DNA of 64,000 nucleotides. It comes from Octopus bimaculoides. Lineage: Eukaryota. Position numbers and translations under genes: made by a program. The notes under the pieces are model-generated. The model had not been told where the DNA came from. It ran no database searches and was given only the letters and a program-made list of their open reading frames with translations. The stretch's first letter is position 1. Each line of letters starts with the position of its first letter. The stretch is taken from assembly GCF_001194135.2 (NCBI RefSeq), contig NC_068983.1, forward strand, positions 89,988,072-90,052,071. Direction: 5' to 3'. Shown here piece after piece: positions 57,134-64,000 of this stretch.

Positions 57134-58150
57134 GGTATTTCGTGTACTCGAGGTATTTCGTGTTGCAAGACAGTGTAGGAGAGAGGATAGTGATGTCGTA
57201 AGAGAGAAATATGTTCGCATGGATGATGGTACGCTTGCACTAAATGAGGCTGCAAAGAAAGAGGTCTGAAGATGCCACTACGATAGATTGCTTAATAAAG
57301 AGAATGAATGGGAGAAAGAGAGCCTGCCGTATGTCGACCCAACAGAGGGACCAGCTATCAGAGTTGATAGTACCAGGGTAGATAAAGCAATTAAGAATAT
57401 GAAGACAGGGAAAGGCCCCGGCCCATCAGGAATCACTGCAGAGATGCTCAAAATATCTGGCAGTGTTGGCTACAGCCTAGTCACCCGTATTACGAACCAG
57501 GTGTTACACGAAGGAGTCATACCCAATGACTGGTGTAGCAGCACCATAGTCAACTGCTACAAATGTCNNNNNNNNNNNNNNNNNNNNNNNNNNNNNNNNN
57601 NNNNNNNNNNNNNNNNNNNNNNNNNNNNNNNNNNNNNNNNNNNNNNNNNNNNNNNNNNNNNNNNNNNNNNNNNNNNNNNNNNNNNNNNNNNNNNNNNNNN
57701 NNNNNNNNNNNNNNNNNNNNNNNNNNNNNNNNNNNNNNNNNNNNNNNNNNNNNNNNNNNNNNNNNNNNNNNNNNNNNNNNNNNNNNNNNNNNNNNNNNNN
57801 NNNNNNNNNNNNNNNNNNNNNNNNNNNNNNNNNNNNNNNNNNNNNNNNNNNNNNNNNNNNNNNNNNNNNNNNNNNNNNNNNNNNNNNNNNNNNNNNNNNN
57901 NNNNNNNNNNNNNNNNNNNNNNNNNNNNNNNNNNNNNNNNNNNNNNNNNNNNNNNNNNNNNNNNNNNNNNNNNNNNNNNNNNNNNNNNNNCTTCGTGCAG
58001 GTGACACGTAAAAGCACCCACTACACTCTCTGAGTGGTTGGCGTTAGATTGGAGCCTGGTGTTGCCATCCAGTTTCACCAGTCCTCAGTCAAATCATCCA
58101 ACCCATGCTAGCATGGAAAGCAGACGTTAAACAATGATGATGATGATGAT
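57134..58150 (+). mobile_element. RTE LINE copy of the same family as 18521-21343, interrupted by an N gap
   Basis: LNKENEWEKESLPYVDPTEGPAI...KTGKGPGPSGITAEMLKISG...NDWCSSTIVNCYK is nearly identical to the 20192-20977 ORF. The family 3' end with a gatgatgat tail follows the gap. Confidence 0.9.
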
Positions 58151-58318
58151 CATCATCATCATTTAGTATCCATGTTCAATGCTACCATAGGCTGGACAGT
58201 TTGACAGGCTGAGTCAGGCCTGAAGTTTGCATTGTGTATCAATGTCTGCTTTGGAATAGTTACTACTGTTGGACGCCCTTTCAAATGCCAACCACTTGGG
58301 TGCTTTTTCAAGTCACTA

Positions 58319-58376
<58 letters not shown>

Positions 58377-58555
58377 CAAAATAAGCAACACGGATTTTAA
58401 AGATGGTTGCAGTACGCACGTTTCATGCTACTCCATTTATTTAAGTAATGTGAGCATTACATTAAATGCATTACATGCTCGCATTACTTAAATAAATGGA
58501 GTAGCATGAAACGTGCGTACTGCAACCATCTTTAAAATCCGTGTTGCTTATTTTG
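58377..58555. repeat. Foldback/palindromic element (81-bp arms, 17-nt spacer), possible MITE
   Basis: 58377-58457 is the reverse complement of 58475-58555 with one mismatch; flanked by (TA)n on both sides. Confidence 0.85.
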
Positions 58556-58610
<55 letters not shown>

Positions 58611-59551
58611 NNNNNNNNNNNNNNNNNNNNNNNNNNNNNNNNNNNNNNNNNNNNNNNNNNNNNNNNNNNNNNNNNNNNNNNNNNNNNNNNNNNNNNNNNN
58701 NNNNNNNNNNNNNNNNNNNNNNNNNNNNNNNNNNNNNNNNNNNNNNNNNNNNNNNNNNNNNNNNNNNNNNNNNNNNNNNNNNNNNNNNNNNNNNNNNNNN
58801 NNNNNNNNNNNNNNNNNNNNNNNNNNNNNNNNNNNNNNNNNNNNNNNNNNNNNNNNNNNNNNNNNNNNNNNNNNNNNNNNNNNNNNNNNNNNNNNNNNNN
58901 NNNNNNNNNNNNNNNNNNNNNNNNNNNNNNNNNNNNNNNNNNNNNNNNNNNNNNNNNNNNNNNNNNNNNNNNNNNNNNNNNNNNNNNNNNNNNNNNNNNN
59001 NNNNNNNNNNNNNNNNNNNNNNNNNNNNNNNNNNNNNNNNNNNNNNNNNNNNNNNNNNNNNNNNNNNNNNNNNNNNNNNNNNNNNNNNNNNNNNNNNNNN
59101 NNNNNNNNNNNNNNNNNNNNNNNNNNNNNNNNNNNNNNNNNNNNNNNNNNNNNNNNNNNNNNNNNNNNNNNNNNNNNNNNNNNNNNNNNNNNNNNNNNNN
59201 NNNNNNNNNNNNNNNNNNNNNNNNNNNNNNNNNNNNNNNNNNNNNNNNNNNNNNNNNNNNNNNNNNNNNNNNNNNNNNNNNNNNNNNNNNNNNNNNNNNN
59301 NNNNNNNNNNNNNNNNNNNNNNNNNNNNNNNNNNNNNNNNNNNNNNNNNNNNNNNNNNNNNNNNNNNNNNNNNNNNNNNNNNNNNNNNNNNNNNNNNNNN
59401 NNNNNNNNNNNNNNNNNNNNNNNNNNNNNNNNNNNNNNNNNNNNNNNNNNNNNNNNNNNNNNNNNNNNNNNNNNNNNNNNNNNNNNNNNNNNNNNNNNNN
59501 NNNNNNNNNNNNNNNNNNNNNNNNNNNNNNNNNNNNNNNNNNNNNNNNNNN
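58611..59551. other. Assembly gap (N run)
   Basis: N characters. Other gaps at about 3223-3233, 27440-27589, 40812-40865, 57568-57990, 60273-60282, 60964-61063. Confidence 1.
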
Positions 59552-59630
59552 TATTTTGTAGAGTATGCTTTTCTGGATGGTGATTGGTCTCCTTCATTGT
59601 TAGAATTGTATATAGATGGTTCGCGTGCGC

Positions 59631-59670
<40 letters not shown>

Positions 59671-59842
59671 ATAAATATATATATGCATATAGGTTATGAG
59701 TGATAGTGGTGTCAATTAGACCCAAGGGTTTCAGGTAGTGCTGAGTAAGTGCTATGGATAGACCATTGTGTATAAGTATAAACTCTGTATTTACATATAG
59801 AAGTACAAAGTACATAAGGAATTAGAGGATGAACAGAAGCTT

Positions 59843-59971
59843 AATCTTACAGCTGTTTCGGCCTAGTTTTGGCAGGCCCCGTTCTATCCGAATATTCCTT
59901 TCCGGAGTGATTATCGGATGACATTTTGAAATGGGGTTACATGCCCAAACCTCTAGGCCTCTTCAGAGATT
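59843..59971 (-). ncRNA. Type I hammerhead ribozyme motif (Penelope/retrozyme-like, palindromic stem III)
   Basis: Minus strand reads AATCT-CTGAAGA-GGCCTAG-(86 nt)-CTAGGCC-GAAA-C-AGCT-G-TA^AGATT. Stem I AATCT/AGATT, core CUGANGA and GAAA, 7-bp stem II, stem III palindrome ACAGCTGT, GUA cleavage triplet at 59850-59848. Confidence 0.8.
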
Positions 59972-62769
59972 CACAAAGGGTTACATACAGATGTAGAGCA
60001 AGAGGTAAAAACAGAGGTGTGGTAGAGACCAGGAGAAAAACAACACCAAAAATAGGATAGAAATAAAAATAAAAAATAAAATTGAAATCAAAATATAAAT
60101 TAAAAAAATAAAAATACAAATAAGGGTACAGCAGGAAAAAAAAAAATAATAGTAATAATAAAGAATACATAAATGAAGGTATAGCATGTGGGACATGCAA
60201 AAATATAAAAAAGACATATGTAAAAAAACCCTTAAAAATACAAGGTACCCAAAAAGCCTACAAACATTATAGNNNNNNNNNNTATAAATATTATAATATT
60301 AGGGAATGTAAAATTCCAAACATACAGGAATAATCAATTTAGTAATACCAAATTGAATTTTATAATATGCTCTTCTTTCTTCTTCCTGTGACGCCATATT
60401 GCCACATGATTTATTTATCATAAATTCTACGCATTAAGCTTAATATTTAAGTTCACAGAGAGACGCCATATTGTCATGTGACTTACTTCATATAAATTCT
60501 ATGCATTAAAGTTAAAATCAGGGTTCACAAGAGATCATCGATAAGATAAGTGATGCCGTTTATTTTACTAATATTGTTTAACATTCAAATTTATTTATTT
60601 AATAACACCATCTTTTTATATGTATTCCTGTTCATGAAAATGTTTACCATCAATCCACAGATATTATTTTAGATGAATCATACCTTTAACTTGAATGATT
60701 AGTATTATTTTTCCAGTGACCTGAGGAGTGACCATATTTTGAGTAGAATATAATCTCAATCAATTTATGGTGAATTGTACTGGTGTTTTCTGCTATAATA
60801 TAGCCACGAAATGCACGTAGTCAACACTTTACCTTCTATTTTATCAATTTACTAAATTGAATTAAATTTTTAGTCTAGTATTTCATAGATTTTAATGGAT
60901 TTTATAGACTTTCAAATTAGTATTTTGTAGAGTATGCTTTTCTGGATGGTGATTGGTCTCCTTNNNNNNNNNNNNNNNNNNNNNNNNNNNNNNNNNNNNN
61001 NNNNNNNNNNNNNNNNNNNNNNNNNNNNNNNNNNNNNNNNNNNNNNNNNNNNNNNNNNNNNNNTATATATATATGCAAACGTGTACAACAAAAGAGTACA
61101 AAGCATGAGTACATGGGGATCTCAAGAATTTCCCAGGAAAGTCCAAGTTATCCAGCAACAGAGCTTTGTTTCATGGGGTTTTTTTTTCTTCCAGGTTATT
61201 CCTCATGCTTTCAACGAATGTGACATTGAAATCACGGGTAAATAGCTCCTTTTCCCAGATAAGGATAGATGATGCTGCTATTTCTTGCACACCATGCTAC
61301 CATGTAACAGATATTTTGGGTCCTTTATCACAAATAGCAGCCAAATCTTTGGAGGTGAGAAATAGCAGCCAAATCTTTGGAGGTGAGATACGTTAAATGC
61401 ACTTGAAAGAAACATATTGGAAAAAAACTATTAACCTGAAGTTAAGAGCAGGTCTTTTACGAAATATTTACCATATTCTTAAAGTCGTTTTCACTTTGAA
61501 ATATTTTGCCCATCATAATGTGTCTAATGGAAAGGTTAGAGTATTTCCCTTTCAGGGTTGGAGTATTTTCCCATCATGCACCGTCTTGCATACATACCCC
61601 TAAAATCCCAAATATCTCGAGAACCACTGGTCCAATTTATGTGAAACTGCTTTTATTCCATTTGTATTCAAATTTCAAGGGCACTTTACTTTCAAAGTAT
61701 TTACCCATTATGCACTGGTTTGGCTGTGTAACATTGCAAGCAAATAGCATATACATAGATTGTCCAATATGCGCTTCCATGAGATTGAAATGTGTGCTCC
61801 TGAATGTTCAAATATAACTAAATTGACACTGTGGGTAGTATAATATACAACTGTATACTGGCAGGACCAGTATGTACTGATGAATAATTTCATTGGCATG
61901 CAATATCAATTTCAATTCCATGTGAGAATTATCTTTCACTGGTTATGTATCAATGTATCATTGTGATGAGGGAAAAGGAACAGCTAATTAATGAGGTTAC
62001 TTCAAGTGTGTCAATAGTAAAACAGAGTAATCGCATGTCTAATTCACAACTTCAATGGTCAAATATGAGCATCCTGGAAATCTACTCACTTCTCAATAAA
62101 AAAGGGTACAATGAACATGCCAGTGTATAAAAAAAAATATTGAAAACAAACCAAAATATCACAGACTGTTCACACAAACTTAAGAAAATTTGCTTAGAAT
62201 AAATCAACAGTTATGTAGAGGTCAAATCATCTCACAATACATCTTTCCCCAGCACACATAACCTGCACCTCATATCTGTGTCTTATGACTGCGTTACTTT
62301 TAAGAAGCATTTTTAATTATCTAAACGAAAATGCTTCAAGAAGGAAGAAAGAAATGTTAAACTTTCATCTGCCAGTCAGCTATTTACAATGAGTGAGCGA
62401 TTACAAAACAATAGCAGATGTGCATCACCCTGATGGCCAATTGTAGCAACATAAAACATCACATTCCTGTATGATAATCCTTTTCACCAAAATATTAACT
62501 ATGCAGTTGGTCTGAAAGAAGATAATGCGGAAAAACACTCATATAATGTCCTTTACCTATGATAAACTTATGATTTTGTACTTTATTCCAGTATACTGTC
62601 AACAGCATTGTATTTACATGCACACAATCATACATGTTCTACAAAACCAATTTAAAATCTCTTTCAGTAAGTGCATTATGAGTGTATTTTGTTTTATTCC
62701 ATAAAATATACTTGTAATATAAGGGTGTGTGCATCTTATATGCTGGCAAATAGTGTGCATGTGTGCAGC

Positions 62770-62926
62770 GCAGACATGGCTGTGTGGTAAGAAGCTTGCT
62801 TCCTAACCACATGGTTCCAGGTTCTATCCTGCTGCATGGCATCTTGAGTAAATGTCTTCTACTATAGCCATAGACTGACCAAAGTCTTGTGCATGGATTT
62901 GGTAGACGGAAACTGAAAGAAGTCAG

Positions 62927-62930
<4 letters not shown>
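62770..62930 (+). mobile_element. SINE head fragment
   Basis: Same A/B-box head and body as 5407-5810, followed by (TA)n. Confidence 0.75.
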
Positions 62931-62963
<33 letters not shown>

Positions 62964-63837
62964 TATAAGTAAGTATTGATATGTATATGTATGTGAGTAA
63001 ATGAATAATGTAGATATAGAGTATTTATTTCATTTAATTTGTTGTTTTGGCTCGTTGTTAGTATGTGGGACATTTTGTTTGTATTGTATTACTTTGTCTT
63101 TGTTGTATGTATATATTTAAATGGCTTTTTCATTCACCGTATCACGTTGGTTTTGTTTTTCGTTGTTTCTATAAATAGAAAAATAGTTATCTCCCCTGCA
63201 TTGTAATAGATTCATAATATTTACATTTGAATTAATATATAAAATGTTTTAACATAAATAGATACATGTGTGTATGAATTGTATATGTATGTAAACTGTA
63301 AAAAAAAAAAAAAATATATATATATAGATGAATAACTAAACTTGTGTATGTGAATATGCATTTGTGTATATGTACATGTGTGTATGTATGTATACACAAA
63401 TGATAGGCGTATGTGTGTGTATATACAAGTATATATAAATATGTATGTATGAACTTCTGTATTGTGCAATAAAATCGGTTATAGAACTGAATATTTATAG
63501 ATTTAAATTTAGGAATTTATGTAATTTCAGTGAGATTATTTACTTATTTATGATTGAGCTCGCTCTTATAAAGCGTTTTTGTAAAGCCTTAGCAGTTAGA
63601 AATATTTTCAAATGATATTTTTCATTAAATATTGAAGCAGATATGTCTATCTGATGAAGCATCATTACATATTTAAATGGATTTGATTATTCTTGAAAAA
63701 CTTTGTTTTATTCATGAAGCAGAAACAGCTGTAATTTATGAGATGTGTCATTTGTTTATAAAAAATATTTGAATTGAATTTATAACTGCTCAATTTATTG
63801 TTTTGTTTTCCATTTTTTACTTATATATATATACACA

Positions 63838-63988
63838 CATCATCATCATCATCGTTTAACGTCCGCTTTCCATGCTAGCATGGGTTGGACGACTTGACTG
63901 AGGACTGGTGAAACCGGATGGCAACACCAGGCTCCAATCTAAATTTGGCAGAGTTTCTACAGCTGGATGCCCTTCCTAACGCCAACCA
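63838..63988 (-). mobile_element. Short RTE 3'-end copy
   Basis: catcatcatcatcgtttaacgtccgctttccatgctagcatgggttggacg...; same family. Confidence 0.8.
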
Positions 63989-64000
63989 CACACACACATA

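Noticed and set aside
57504-59715. Long ORFs (150-414 aa) in the ORF track
   Set aside because: Artefacts of reading through N gaps and microsatellites.
61195-61237. Plus-strand pseudo-exon (VIPHAFNECDIEIT) and nearby 29-bp tandem duplication at 61332-61389
   Set aside because: No recognisable homology or partner exons; insufficient support for a second gene.
62557-62638. Open 82-nt AG/GT-bounded segment (NMYDCVHVNTMLLTVYWNKVQNHKFII) with phase compatible with exon 53925
   Set aside because: No resemblance to the expected RRM1 segment; such pseudo-exons are common in AT-rich introns.

Overview
AT-rich, repeat-dense eukaryotic DNA with scaffold gaps. The SINE/RTE content suggests a cephalopod, probably Octopus (inference). 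The window is mostly intronic sequence of one minus-strand gene, a RAVER1/RAVER2-family PTB-binding RRM protein. Seven coding exons (53704-53925, 49637-49890, 40334-40516, 31756-31894, 14354-14434, 11539-11651, 4686-4739) have canonical AG/GT boundaries and splice in frame to about 348 aa. The 5' and 3' exons were not found. The introns hold a decayed piggyBac (PGBD4-like) transposon, several RTE LINE pieces, a Helitron relic with a nested SINE, a Tc1/mariner relic, three MITEs, a large foldback, many tRNA-derived SINEs and microsatellites. The most unusual signal is an intact type I hammerhead ribozyme motif on the minus strand (59843-59971). It has a palindromic stem III of the Penelope/retrozyme type and a long structured stem II, lies between direct repeats, and has a decayed relative at about 63650-63735. 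A possible in-frame splice fusion between RAVER and the intronic piggyBac is also flagged.
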